NCBI RefSeq assembly: GCF_026210795.1 | Contig: NC_089431.1 | Coordinates: 868,001 to 932,000, forward strand | Length of the DNA: 64,000 bases | Reading direction: 5' to 3' | Source: Rhizophagus irregularis | Lineage: Eukaryota | Shown: in pieces, positions 1-11,128 of the stretch | How positions within the stretch are numbered: position 1 is the stretch's first letter | How the letters are laid out: each line of letters starts with the position of its first letter | Program-made: the position numbers and the translations under genes | Notes under the pieces: model-generated | Told to the model about the DNA's origin: nothing | The model's input: the letters and a program-made list of their open reading frames with translations, nothing else | Databases searched by the model: none

Positions 1-1
1 A

Positions 2-415
2 GACAAGTCTACAAAGTCCAAACATAAAGGAGTAAGCAAGAAGGGTATGAGTGATATGGCTAAGGACACATATTTCCCATCTTTAGGTGGAACTTTATTA
101 GATGATACAGTAGAAAAAGATGAAATCTTCGATCCTATGACTCAAGTATATCGGGACTGTCTGTTTGAAAATGGTGTCTTCTATGCCAAGAATGTGGGAA
201 TGCGTACAAAAAATCATGTAATATCACTAATCGAGTCAGAGAAGAAGGCATTATCCCCAATCGATACAAAACGCTGGATTTGGTCAGATGGTATATCCTC
301 CTTACCATTCGGACACTGGCGTATTCAAGTATATAAGAAACTTCTTGAGCGTGGTACAAGTCATGAGGCAGCAGAAAAAATAGCTATAGGGACCAGATTA
401 CCAGAGAAATATTAG
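2..415 (+). CDS. Protein-primed family B DNA polymerase, C-terminal part (5' truncated by window)
   Basis: Frame is open from base 2 (DKSTKSKHKGVSKK, a KxKGV motif). It ends in KKALSPIDTKRWIWSDGISSLPFGH, typical of Polinton/adintovirus pPolB C-termini. Confidence 0.8.
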   Translation, partial: DKSTKSKHKGVSKKGMSDMAKDTYFPSLGGTLLDDTVEKDEIFDPMTQVYRDCLFENGVFYAKNVGMRTKNHVISLIESEKKALSPIDTKRWIWSDGISSLPFGHWRIQVYKKLLERGTSHEAAEKIAIGTRLPEKY

Positions 416-487
416 AATGATATAGAATAGTTTAGTGATACTTAGGCATATATTAATAATAAATTATATTTTTTCCCGATAGTTAAA

Positions 488-841
488 ATGAAAGACGATC
501 CAATCTATGATATACATAGTGAAGAATATATCGATGACCTTATACATATCACAATTCAGAGAGGTCTCTTTAAAGATGTAGAGGATGCAATAAAAAGTAT
601 AAAGGCATTAGCTAAAATGGTCATAAGTTCTAAGACTAGTATTGATGCATTTATGAAATGCCCTGTACCAAACATTCCAAATGCCTTTTATGACTTAGTA
701 GAGGCATTTTATTATTCAATACTAAGAGAAAGACAATCATTAGCACATGACATCTAACAGATTTCTGGGAGGTGTCATATGATAAGATATTCTATGGAAT
801 TCTTCAGAATTCTTTGGAATTCCAAAATTTTTTTTTCGTAA
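488..841 (+). CDS. Hypothetical protein of the element, probably frameshifted near 750
   Basis: ORF 488-757. An adjacent frame continues LTDFWEVSYDKIFYGILQNSLEFQNFFS* to ~841. Confidence 0.4.
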
Positions 842-850
842 TAAGAACTA

Positions 851-1289
851 ATGTCTTTCAACCAGGTATACACTGAGCTACTAGTTATGTTACCAGCTTC
901 TGTAATACATGAGGCATGGATTCGTCTCACAACAAGGAAGCGTAGTCCACTATCTGTGTCCGATGCCCAGTGGAGTAAATTCCATGGTAGAGTTATTTTT
1001 GAAACATGAAGTAGAAAGATACCAGAAAAAATTAGCACGTCAGAGACTAACTGTTAAACAGACATATATGCCAAGAAACAGAATGACACAAGACATGATT
1101 AGTGAAAAGGTTTCCATACTTCAGAAGCACTTGCTTGAATATAATAAGGTTACTTTTGGCCGATTCATGCAGAACCTTACTAAAGAATATGAGAAATTGA
1201 TCAAGACAAATCATCAGATACGACATGAAATTGATACCATGAAGAAGCAAGTACGAAAAATAGAAAAAAAACTTGCTTCTATGTCGTAG
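851..1289 (+). pseudogene. Hypothetical coiled-coil protein of the element, frameshifted near 966
   Basis: ATG 851 gives MSFNQVYTELLVMLPASVIHEAWIRLTTRKRSPLSVSDA. A 1-nt shift joins SGVNSMVELFLKHEVERY... of ORF 909-1289. Confidence 0.45.
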
Positions 1290-1295
1290 TTCCCA

Positions 1296-1557
1296 TTATT
1301 CATCAAGAAATAGACGAATGGGTACTGTTGCTTTACTCAAATTTTGTGTGGACTGCGCATGGAATTTTTTTACTGTGCATAGACTTTGCATGGACTTTGC
1401 ATGGGAAATTTTAACTGCACATAGGCTTTGCATGGGCTTTACATGGGACTTTTTTACTGCACATGGATTTTTTCGTAAAAAATGTTGTTTAAGATTAGAA
1501 GGATATGGGAATTCCTTCCCACAATGCTGACAGGTACGATCAGCTAGTTTTTTTTTT
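1296..1557 (-). CDS. ATG-less C2HC/C2H2-type zinc-finger ORF (absent from the ORF track)
   Basis: Manual translation: KKKLADRTCQHCGKEFPYPSNLKQHFLRKNPC, then three 14-aa repeats (CAVKKSHVKPMQSL-like), stop at 1296. Confidence 0.65.
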
Positions 1558-2496
1558 ATAGGCTGGCTGGCTATCTACTGCAAAAACATTACGTTGTGCC
1601 TTATGTACAGAGAGAGGAATTGAGACAACCTGTCCATTTACATTTGCTTTGAACTCACCCTTTACTACAGGTTCCCAACCTGCACGATACTGCCACTGTG
1701 TACCAAGTATTAGCAATGATTTGTCCTTACCATTTTGATCCTTCTCGGTAGGTATAACAGAGAATTCGTCTGATATAGTGACTGTATTTGTACCTTCACC
1801 GATAGTTATGGGAATTTCATTGATAGTGCCAAGAGTTTTGGTTGATCCAGCTACACCATTAAGTGCATGTATATTCTTTCGATCTATTTTGAGACCTAGA
1901 TGCTTAGCTACATTTTCAGAGATTACTGAAGAGTCAGACCCTGTATCGATCATAGCATAGGGTATGCATACATTTTTGATTTTACAGGAAATGGTCGCTA
2001 CATCATTGGGATCATCTAACTGGAGAAAGTTGATTTCTAAGGGTCTTGGCCAGTATAGGTTTTTCTGCTGATAGGCACGTATTGCATGGTTCAGTATTTT
2101 GTCTTCTTTCTGTTCTACTTCAGATGGTACATCTGCAGGAGGAGTTGGTAATAGTGGAGTTGCTGTATTTACAGCATGAGCTAGAGGAGATAAAATGTCT
2201 TGCATATTTGCTGAAAGAACATCCCAGAGTTTCTTTCTTTCACTAACTGGATAGTCACTAACAAAATGGTTTAAAAGCGGGTCTTTCAGATTCTCATATG
2301 CTTGATTGGTATAAGCATTAATCTGTAGGAGGATTTCTTTAGGACATTGTACTGCTAGTGAAGCAATTATAGACTTCAGTGCTGCATGAAAGACTTCATC
2401 AGTTTTCTTGAGAATAGGTTCTCTTTTAGATTTGGAAGTACGGGATTTTTTCCCTTTATTTTTTACCGAAATTCCACGTTGACGAGTTTTTTTTTT
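1540..2496 (-). CDS. Retropepsin-type aspartic protease ORF
   Basis: AMIDTGSDSSVIS catalytic motif, flap GVAG, and LILGTQW. The frame stays open upstream of Met 2205 as far as the A10 run at 2487-2496. Confidence 0.85.
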   Translation of the reverse strand, partial: KKKTRQRGISVKNKGKKSRTSKSKREPILKKTDEVFHAALKSIIASLAVQCPKEILLQINAYTNQAYENLKDPLLNHFVSDYPVSERKKLWDVLSANMQDILSPLAHAVNTATPLLPTPPADVPSEVEQKEDKILNHAIRAYQQKNLYWPRPLEINFLQLDDPNDVATISCKIKNVCIPYAMIDTGSDSSVISENVAKHLGLKIDRKNIHALNGVAGSTKTLGTINEIPITIGEGTNTVTISDEFSVIPTEKDQNGKDKSLLILGTQWQYRAGWEPVVKGEFKANVNGQVVSIPLSVHKAQRNVFAVDSQPAYKKKTS

Positions 2497-4548
2497 ACAC
2501 TAAAGCAATTCTGAGGTTCATCCTCCTCCTCTTCTTCTTCAGTTAACTCTTCCTCAGTTTCTTCATCAGTTTCCTCATCACTTTCAGATTCTTCATAGTC
2601 AACTATGTGAGTATTGTTAACTTTCTTAGTACGTCTACTCCGTGAATACTTGTTTTTGGAATGACCTGTTCTACCACGCAGTTTGAGCAATGACGTTTAG
2701 GAGAAGATTTGGTTGTCTTTGTCACCTTTTTAACCTGACCAGTTCCAAAGTGATCTTTTCTTAGATGTTGTGTTTGTCCACCTAACTTTCTGGTAAGATC
2801 ACTCTCAATGAAAGTATGTATTGCTACAGGATTTGTTATGTCACCAGTATAGCCAAGACGTACTGCTATATCTGCAAGCTTTTCTAATGCAGTTCTATTC
2901 TGTGGTTGTTCTACTATAGTGGTTGGATTTTTCGCCCTCCACTTTCATACCATTTATTACGCAACTCATTAAAGAAAGCATCAAGATCAGCAGGAGCAGC
3001 AATTCTAACTCTCATTTCTAAAACATCAGGCAAATGATTATATAGATAAGGTAAAATTTCAGCATATACTTGTCCTTGTGCTAATGATCGAATCCTTTTT
3101 GCATATGTATCTGGTGTATCTATAGGAGAAAATGATTCATTCATGAGTGCTATTATAGCACCTTGATTTGTTCCAACCATCACATCTTTATATTTTCCTT
3201 GCAGCCAGTTTAGAAACTCTGGTTCTGTATTAATAGCAGCATTGGCATTATATGGATTATTTGCTGGAACAGGAATAAATCTACCAGACATTTTATTTTT
3301 CATAACACTACACCTCATAGCAGCATTAAAAACAGCAACAGCTAGTGGACGAGCCATTTCATTGACAGCTCTAAGCTTTTGATAATAAGAGTCTGGCGGC
3401 TCTTGTCCATCATAAAATGGTAACTGTGCAAGACCTGGTGATATAGTATGCATGACATCTTGTATTGTAGCCATGTTTGGAGGATTGTTTTGTAACGCTA
3501 ATATTTGTTGTTGTAAATTTAAAATATTTTGGGCCTGTGCTTGTACTTGGGTCTGTGAAATCCTATATTGTCTTTGCCAGTTTTGTGCCTGACGTATACA
3601 ACCTGCATGCCTTCTTCTCCAACGTTCTGTATCAGCATTATAGCGTAACATCAGCCTGTGTGCATTCCTTCTATGCTCAGCTATCTGATTCTGTTGGTTT
3701 GCTATCTGATTCTGTTGATTTACCAGCTGATTCTGCTGGTTTGCCAGTTGTGCATCTTTACGTCTATTCAGAAAACGTATACCTAGATTGGCTATTTGTA
3801 TTCCTGCAATACGTGCTTGATTCTGTTGTGCAACAGTTTTCCAGTGTCTACGAGCATTTGTCTCATATGTAAAATCATCACGTACTCTTATTAAGTTTTG
3901 ATTAAGAGCATTTGTACGATCTAAAGATTCTCCAAGTAATGTCTGCAATCCTTCTATCTGATTTAGTTGGTCTACACCAATTTCTTGCATTAGAGCAGCT
4001 TGACGAATAATTTCATCAAGACTTTGAGTGGTAGCATTAAAGACATCATCTATGTCTTGTAGAATTGGAATCCTATTCCGATCAAAAAATAGTCGAATCT
4101 CAGACACACAATCTGCAACTGCCCATCGGCGGTCTAGTATTCTTAGAATAGCATTGAATAATTCATTATCTTCATCCATTTCTATCTTTCCTTTACATAA
4201 AGATAATTCTTGAATGCGTTTTTTGAGTTTATCTACTATGTATTCAAGCTGAATGATACGTTCATCCTGGGTAACAAGTGCCTCTTCCTTTAACTCTAAG
4301 TGATCTCGATACTTTCCAAGTTCAACTAAAGTGGACTGACACTCTGCTTTTAACTGATCGATATCATCCTCACGTGAAACAAGATTTTTTTCAAGATAGA
4401 AGATATATTGTTCACATGCCTCTATCTCCTTTGTGAGTTTACGGATTTTCTCCTTATTGGAAATATTATTTGTTTCCTTTTGAACTAGCTGTTTGCGCAA
4501 ATCAAAGTTGCTATTTAACAAATCAAGATATGCCTGTTCAACTCCCAT
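2463..4548 (-). pseudogene. Gag-like protein (long coiled coil, capsid-like region, zinc knuckle, acidic tail) with two frameshifts (~2925, ~2676)
   Basis: ORF 2914-4548 contains LPFYDGQEPPDSY...TPDTYAKRIRSL (gag-like). It continues as ...EKLADIAVRLGY...RHCSNC/GRTGHSKNKY (degenerate CCHC knuckle) and then the acidic ORF ending at 2463. Confidence 0.6.
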
Positions 4549-5640
4549 TGATTCCTATTATTCCAATAGATTCTGATGAAGCACGAAATGTAGAGGTGAC
4601 TTCGGCTTTATGCAGAATATTCTACCAACCATCTGGATATCAGAGGACTGCCAAAAAGTTGTATGAGACATCACAAAATGCTGGATATGATTTCACCTTA
4701 GATGAAGTGCAGGATTGGCTTGAAAGACAGGCAGTACATCAAGTCCACAAACCTCATCCCCGATTTATCCCTCGTGTAAGTTTTAGTTCTATACAAGTTC
4801 CCAATGAAGTTCATCAAGCTGACATTTTGTATATGCCATATGACAAGGTTGGATATGTGACTTATCTTTTCTGTCTCAATATAGTTGATATAGCATCGAG
4901 GTATAAAGAAAGTGTCCCTATAGGTTCAACCAGTGTTAAAGATCGACAGGGAATCTTAACTTCTCATACTATTGCTCGGGCTTTTGAAAAGGTATATGAT
5001 GATACAACATGTCCGCTCACTTGGCCAAAATTATTGATTACAGATAGGGGTTCAGAGTTTAAAGGTGAGTGTGAAAAGCTGATGACTTCCCATAGTGTAA
5101 AGATTCAGAAGGCCAAGTCTAAGCGTACTGTTGGCATTGTGGAGCGATATAACCGTACCTTGGTTGAGAAACTATTTCCCTCTCAAGATGCATCTGACTT
5201 ACTAACTTTAGGTAAAACGAGATCTCGAGTCTGGGTAAAAAACTTACCTATTGCTGTAGAAAGTATAAATAACTCAGTGACCCAACAACTTGGTATATCT
5301 CCTGCTGTAGCTATAAAAAAATCACGAGTGTCTTCCAGATCTTCTTATCCTCGTGATGGACCTGTTGGGTATGAAGAAGAGAAACTACCACCTAATATAA
5401 GTGTAAGGTACTTACTTGAACCAAATGATCTGGAAGGTGGAAGACGTCGAGCAGGGAGATATGAATTGGTCACCTAAGATTTATCATATCCATATATCTT
5501 TAACACAGAAAAATCAACCAGTTTTGTACTGGCTTATTGATGATGATGGTAAAGAATCAGAGAGATCCTTTGTGAGGGAAGAACTTTTGGTTATACCAGA
5601 TGATACAGAAATTCCACCACAATGGGTACTTATGAATTAA
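4530..5640 (+). pseudogene. RVE (retroviral-type DDE) integrase, Polinton-like, frameshift at ~5455
   Basis: HQADILYMP, IVDIASRY, ITDRGSEF and VERYNRTL motifs. GGRRRAG/DMNWSPKIY is joined by a 1-nt shift into ORF 5416-5640. Confidence 0.88.
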
Positions 5641-6007
5641 GATAGTCTTCTACCTCATCATCTGCTTGGGAGTCTGTGAGGAAGTAGTCTTTTGCCAATT
5701 CATAGTATAACCTGTATAGCTTATTAATAGCAGACAAAAGTTTTGGTTCTCTGCTATACCAGGTCTTATAATTTTCCAAGATTTGCTGATACTTTGTCTC
5801 ATTAGGTAGAATAGATTGTGCTGTTTCAAGAACAAAATTTTCTGGTTCTTCTGCTTGACGCAATTTGATTATCCTTTGTTTGTAACATAACATGAATTTA
5901 CCATCTTTTGGTTTCTTGTAAAGGATGCCTGCTTTAATTACTGCAATTAGAGCTGACTCAATTTCATGGTATGTTGGCTTAGCTGGTATAGCTTGGGTAG
6001 ACATCAT
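5630..6007 (-). CDS. Hypothetical protein of the element
   Basis: 125-aa ORF whose stop overlaps the integrase end. Confidence 0.55.
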   Translation of the reverse strand: MMSTQAIPAKPTYHEIESALIAVIKAGILYKKPKDGKFMLCYKQRIIKLRQAEEPENFVLETAQSILPNETKYQQILENYKTWYSREPKLLSAINKLYRLYYELAKDYFLTDSQADDEVEDYLNS

Positions 6008-6059
6008 TTTTATATCATGTAAACTTTTTTTTAATTTAACTTATTTATACTTAATAAAA

Positions 6060-6296
6060 ATGATTGGAGAATATACTTGTGAATATTTACATAACACAGG
6101 AAAGCCTTGTGGTCATCCTTGTGTGAGGCCAGAAGGTTGTCGCATTCATTGGAAGACAAAATCACGCTTTCCTTGTGCTGTATGTGGTAAACCTACAGGT
6201 TCATCTAGTGGTCGATGTCAATCTCATATTGGGAGTTACTATCAAAATCGGTATGAAAATAGGCTTCGACAAAGAATCAGAGCAATTTATGATTAG
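6060..6296 (+). CDS. Small Cys/His-rich zinc-binding protein
   Basis: MIGEYTCEY...CGHPC...GCRIH...CAVCGKPT...RCQSH from ATG 6060. Confidence 0.6.
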   Translation: MIGEYTCEYLHNTGKPCGHPCVRPEGCRIHWKTKSRFPCAVCGKPTGSSSGRCQSHIGSYYQNRYENRLRQRIRAIYD

Positions 6297-6303
6297 GGTT
6301 AAA

Positions 6304-6742
6304 TTTTGGTTAGACTTTTGGTTAGACCTGATTGTCCCCAGATTTTTCGTATTGCAGGGGGAGCTTTACAATATGTCTAGTTGACTACCTGCTGTATATT
6401 TTTTGGTTAGACCTCGGTCGGATTTTTGGTTAGACTTGGTTAGACCTGTTGTCCCAGATTTTTTCGTATTGCAGAAAAAGCTTTACAATATGTCTAGTTA
6501 CCTTCCTGCTATACATTTTTTGGTTAGATCTGGGTCGGATTTTTGGTTAGACTTCACTGTCCCAGATTTTTTCGTATAGGAGGAAAAGCTTTAAAACATA
6601 TCTAGTTGCCTTCCTGCTATACATTTTTGGTTAGACCTGGGTCAGATTTTTGGTTAGACTTCACTGTCCCAGATTTTTTCGTATAGCAGGGAAAGCTTTA
6701 CAATATATCTAGTTGCCTTTCTGCTATATATTTTTGGTTAGA
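6304..6742. repeat. ~110-bp tandem repeat x4 (probable subterminal repeats)
   Basis: Recurrent ttttggttagac ... gtcccagattttt(t)cgtat ... aagctttacaatat.tctagtt units. Confidence 0.85.
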
Positions 6743-7651
6743 GCATGAATGGCTTAAATCATCGAATGAATCCCTTTTAGAGTATCATAAAAATAGTATG
6801 CCACAATGGATTGCTGAATTGTGCCATCGGTATTACAGACACTTCGTGTCCTTTATACCTTTGGCACTTATAAAGGCAATCTGATATAGCATAAAATTAT
6901 GATACCCTGGAATGGATTCATGCGTGGTAATAATGCCTAGAAATAAATGATGTTAATCTTATCTACAACGCTTGGGGGGTTCTTTTTAGCTATCAAGTAA
7001 TAACATATCAGGAATCAAGGTTAGGTGGTCTGGGGATAGAAAAACAGGTATAGTGTTATCATATCAGAAAACAAGGCTAGGTGGTCTGGGGGTACACTAA
7101 ATTATGGTTAGACCTATGTGATAACCGCTGTCCCAGAACCTCCAAGATTGTCCTACTTCCTTTTTACTTGTACTTTAATACTAACGATAATATCCATATT
7201 TCTTTTACTCCTTTTACTGTTTCTTTAACTCTTTTTACCTTAATACTAACAATAATAACAATATTTCTTTTATCTTTATATTTAATACTAATGTTATTAT
7301 AGCTGTTTCTCTTCTTTTTACATCTAATAATATTGTTACTCTTTACTCTTTCTTTTTTTTACTTTTATGTATTCTGTATATATTAATAAATACTTGTAAT
7401 TTTTTATGGTTTAATAAAATTATATCTAATAAAATATACATTATATAAACAGAAAATGATGAAGTATTATTTATCAAAATATTTTGAAACATTATGAAAT
7501 ATTAAGTTGTGTAAAATCACAGAATATTACGAATTATTAAATTATAGAGCATTACACATCATAGAATTTTGAAATATTTTAAAAAGTTGCGAAGTATTAC
7601 ACAGTAAAATTACAGAATATTACGAATCATAAAATTACGAAACCTTACATA

Positions 7652-10403
7652 CACTAGTCGAAATAAGGCAAATCAGCTAAAAATTGGATATCCAATTTTA
7701 GGTCGAATTATGGCTGAAATATGTCCAATTTTTACAAAAAAATATATTCTAATTGTTATTTAATTGACTGCCAATCAGATGTACTTCGGAACTTAAATCG
7801 GATATAAATCAGAACTAAATCATACTAAATTCGGACAGTCAATCAGATGTACTTCAGAACTTAAATCAGACAAAAATCGGACTATTTTTTTCTGAATTTA
7901 TTTCAATTTTTATTATCAAATTTATTAAATGTATTTATTAATTAAATGCTTAAAAACTTTATAATTATATTATTATTATTAGCATCTATCTAAATTACAA
8001 ATAAATATTGCTAATTCAAAATTATAATAAAATAATAATAATAAAATAAACCATGATTCGTACTTACGAATCTTGGTTTTGGTTTATCCATTCATCGGAA
8101 ATCCACCCAAGTCTATAAAAAAAGAAAAGAACGGTTATTAGTAATCGTTCATTAATATTAATAAAAAAAATTTAACTAAGATTCGTATATACCTACGAAT
8201 CTTGATCTTTTTCCGTTCTCCATAACTTGGAAGCCCACCCGAACCTATAAAATAAAAGAAAGGAACGGTTAGTACCCGTTCCAAAATAATAAAAAATAAA
8301 AATAAAAAATAAACCAAGATTCATACTTACTTACGAATCTTGGTTCCTTTTTTTCCGATCTTCGGAAGTCAACCTGAAACCTAAAAAATAAAAGAAAGGA
8401 ACGGTTAGTAAACCGTTCCAAATAATAAAAAAAAACAAAAACAAAACCAAGATTCGTATATACTTACGAATCTTGGTTCTTTTCTGTACTTCAGAATTCG
8501 AAAATCCACCCGATCCTAAAAAAAAGAAAAGAACGGTTATTAGTAACCGTTCATTAATAATATTAAAATAAAAAAGAAAAAAAAATCAAGATTCGTAATT
8601 AGTAGTTACTTACGAATCTTGATTTTCCATTCTTCAGAATTCAGAAATCCACCCGATCCTAAAAAAAGAAAAAACGGTTATTAGTAACCGTTCGTAATAA
8701 TAATAATAAAAAAAAATTAAACCAAGATTCATACTTACTTACGAATCTTGGTTCCACTTTTTCCAAAGATCGGAAGCCCACCCAAACCTAAAAAAAGAAA
8801 AGAATGGTTATTAGTAACCATTCATTAATAAAATTAAACAAAACAAAAAATTAAAACCAAGATTCGTATATACTTACGAATCTTAGTTTTTTTCCGTTCT
8901 TCGGAACTCGCAAACCTAAAAAAGAAAGAATGGTTATTAGTAACCATTCATTAATAAAATTAAAAAAAAACAAAATTAAAACCATGATTCGTATATACTT
9001 ACGAATCTTGATTTTTTTCATTTTTCAGAACTCAGAAGCCCCTCCTGAGACACCGAACCTATAAAAATAAAAGAAAAAGAACGGTTAGTAATAACCATTC
9101 CAAATATTAAAAAAAGAAAAAAAAACTAAGATTTGTAATACGGAATCTTAGTTTTTTTCCGTTCTTTGGAAACTAACCCAAACGGCCGAACCTATAAGAA
9201 AAAGAAAGGAACGGTTAGTAACCGTTCATATAATAGGAAAAAAAATAAAATAAAAAATAAACCAAGTTTCATACTTGTACTTACGAAACTTGGTTCTTTC
9301 CATTCTTCGGAACTCGGAAGCCAACCCGATCCTAAAATAATAAAGAAAAAAAGGTTATTAATAACCGTTTGTTAATATTACAAAAAAAAAACAAAAAAAA
9401 TTAAACCAAGATTCATTTATTTACGAATCTTAGTTCTTTTCCATTCTTCAGAACTCGGAAGCCAACCCGATCCTAAAATAATAAAGAAAAAACGGTTATT
9501 AGTAACTATTCGTTAATATTACAAAAAAAAACAAAAAAAATTAAACTAAGATTCGTTTACTTATGAATCTTAGTTCTTTTCCATTCTTTAGAACTAGAAA
9601 GCCCACCCGAAACCTATAAAAAAGAAAGGAACAGTTAGTAACCGTTCTGAAATATTAAAAAAAATAAAAACCAAGATTCTTAAGAATTTTGGTTCTAAAT
9701 CCCCTTCCCCTTCCCCCTTTCCCTATTTTTTACCTTAAAGTCCGGTTTTGTATTAAGGCCGGCGTCCTCTTATACGTCCTACAAAAAAAAATAATGAAAA
9801 GAAACGTTAGTTTGTTTCTTAAATTAACAAAACTTCACTTTCCCGTTTTTTACCTTAAAGTCCAGTTTCTTGTTAAAGCTGGTGTCCTACAAAAAAAAAC
9901 AATGAAAAGAAATTTGTTTCTTAAATTAAAAAAAAAATTAAAAAAAATATGTAAGTTTCGAAACGAAACTTATATTACTTCCAAAAAAAAGAGGCAGAAG
10001 AAAGGTGTGAGAAAAGGAGGAGAGCGAAAGGGGAAGCAAGGGAAGGATGAAAGAGAAAGGAAAGGACAATAGGGGAAGGAAGGTGAAGGACAAAAGGACA
10101 GGAAAAGTAGGGACGAAGTGAAGTGAAAGGAAGGGATGAAAGGGGAAAGTTTAAAAAAGATCCTTTTTTAAACTTTGATACACGTAACACATGATGTTTA
10201 ATTAGACTATTCGACCAATGTCTAATCGTAGATCATGGTTGAATTTTTAATTGAATATAGGCCGGCCTTTTTTGACTAGTGAAATTGGAAATCAGCTATG
10301 CCGAATGTCATCTGATATACAGACGATCATCAATTATTAGCCAAAATTTAGCTGAAATAAGGATGATTTGCCTTATTTCCGATTTGCCTTATTTCGACTA
10401 GTG
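7652..10403. mobile_element. Non-autonomous CACTA (EnSpm/CMC) DNA transposon
   Basis: Perfect 23-bp TIR CACTAGTCGAAATAAGGCAAATC (7652-7674 / 10381-10403), 3-bp TSD ATA on both sides, no transposase ORF. Confidence 0.88.
8045..9695. repeat. Tandem array of ~13 units (~125-145 bp), each with two palindromes
   Basis: aaccaagattcgta..tacgaatcttggtt and gaacggtta(t)tagtaaccgttc alternate, separated by A-tracts. Confidence 0.9.
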
Positions 10404-10454
10404 ATATAGTAATATTTTAAAATATTTTAAAAAGTTACAAAATATTACACTTAA

Positions 10455-10691
10455 AGTTGCTTGCCAAAACCTAAAGGTTTAGGCAAGATGGCATTTCGCC
10501 AAAAGTGAAATTTTGCTGAAACTATATTAAAGTTATATTAAAAAACTGGCAAAACTTTGGAGAAAGGCGAAACTGCTGAAACTTATTATAAATGCTGAAA
10601 CTGCCAAAACTCTGCTGAAACTATAATAAATCTATAGTAAAATTTTGATGAAACTAATCATAGGATTTTGAAGAGGTTTAGACAAGCAACC
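10455..10691. mobile_element. MITE with imperfect TIRs flanked by TTAA
   Basis: ttaa|agttgcttgccaaaacc ... ggtttagacaagcaacc|ttaa. Confidence 0.55.
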
Positions 10692-11128
10692 TTAATTATG
10701 CTTACGCAAACTTGTGGTAGGTCTGAAAACTTACAAAATATTATGTAAAATTACGAAATATTGCAAATCGCAAAATTATGGAATATTACAAATCGTAAAA
10801 TTACGAAGCTTTACCTATCGTAATATTTTGAAATATTTTAAAAAGTTACAAAATATTACGCTTATGCAAACCTGTGACGCAAATGTATTATTCTTGTACC
10901 ATCAGGTGCTATTTTCTTCTACCACCTTACTGTAAAAATATATTATGCGGTGAAGATCAACATGCATATGGTAGAAGAAGATAATATTTGCACCTGTGGC
11001 GGGTCTGGAAGCTTATGAAATATTATGTTGTGTAAACTTGTGCAACTTTTCACACTATATAATTTCCTGATGAAGGCGTATAATGATGAATATGATAACT
11101 GTTAGACATTCTCATTAAGGATAGTATA

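Larger units (their letters stand above)
1..7157. mobile_element. Polinton/Maverick-like element, right part (left part outside window; right boundary tentative)
   Basis: pPolB C-terminus plus RVE integrase plus small, densely packed intronless ORFs at higher GC than the flanks. Subterminal tandem repeats at 6304-6742. A candidate ...CTACT end at ~7157 is followed by a composition shift. Confidence 0.75.

Noticed and set aside
1540..5640. Ty3/Gypsy LTR retrotransposon
   Set aside because: No RT/RNase H or LTRs are visible. The integrase is on the opposite strand to gag-pro and resembles Polinton integrases.
8045..9695. CRISPR-like array of palindromic repeats
   Set aside because: The intervening sequences are themselves repeated rather than unique spacers, there are no cas genes, the context is eukaryotic, and the array lies inside CACTA TIRs.
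9166..10935. ORFs 9166, 9689, 9975 and 10714
   Set aside because: They are low-complexity K/F-rich translations of repeat DNA with non-ATG or chance starts.
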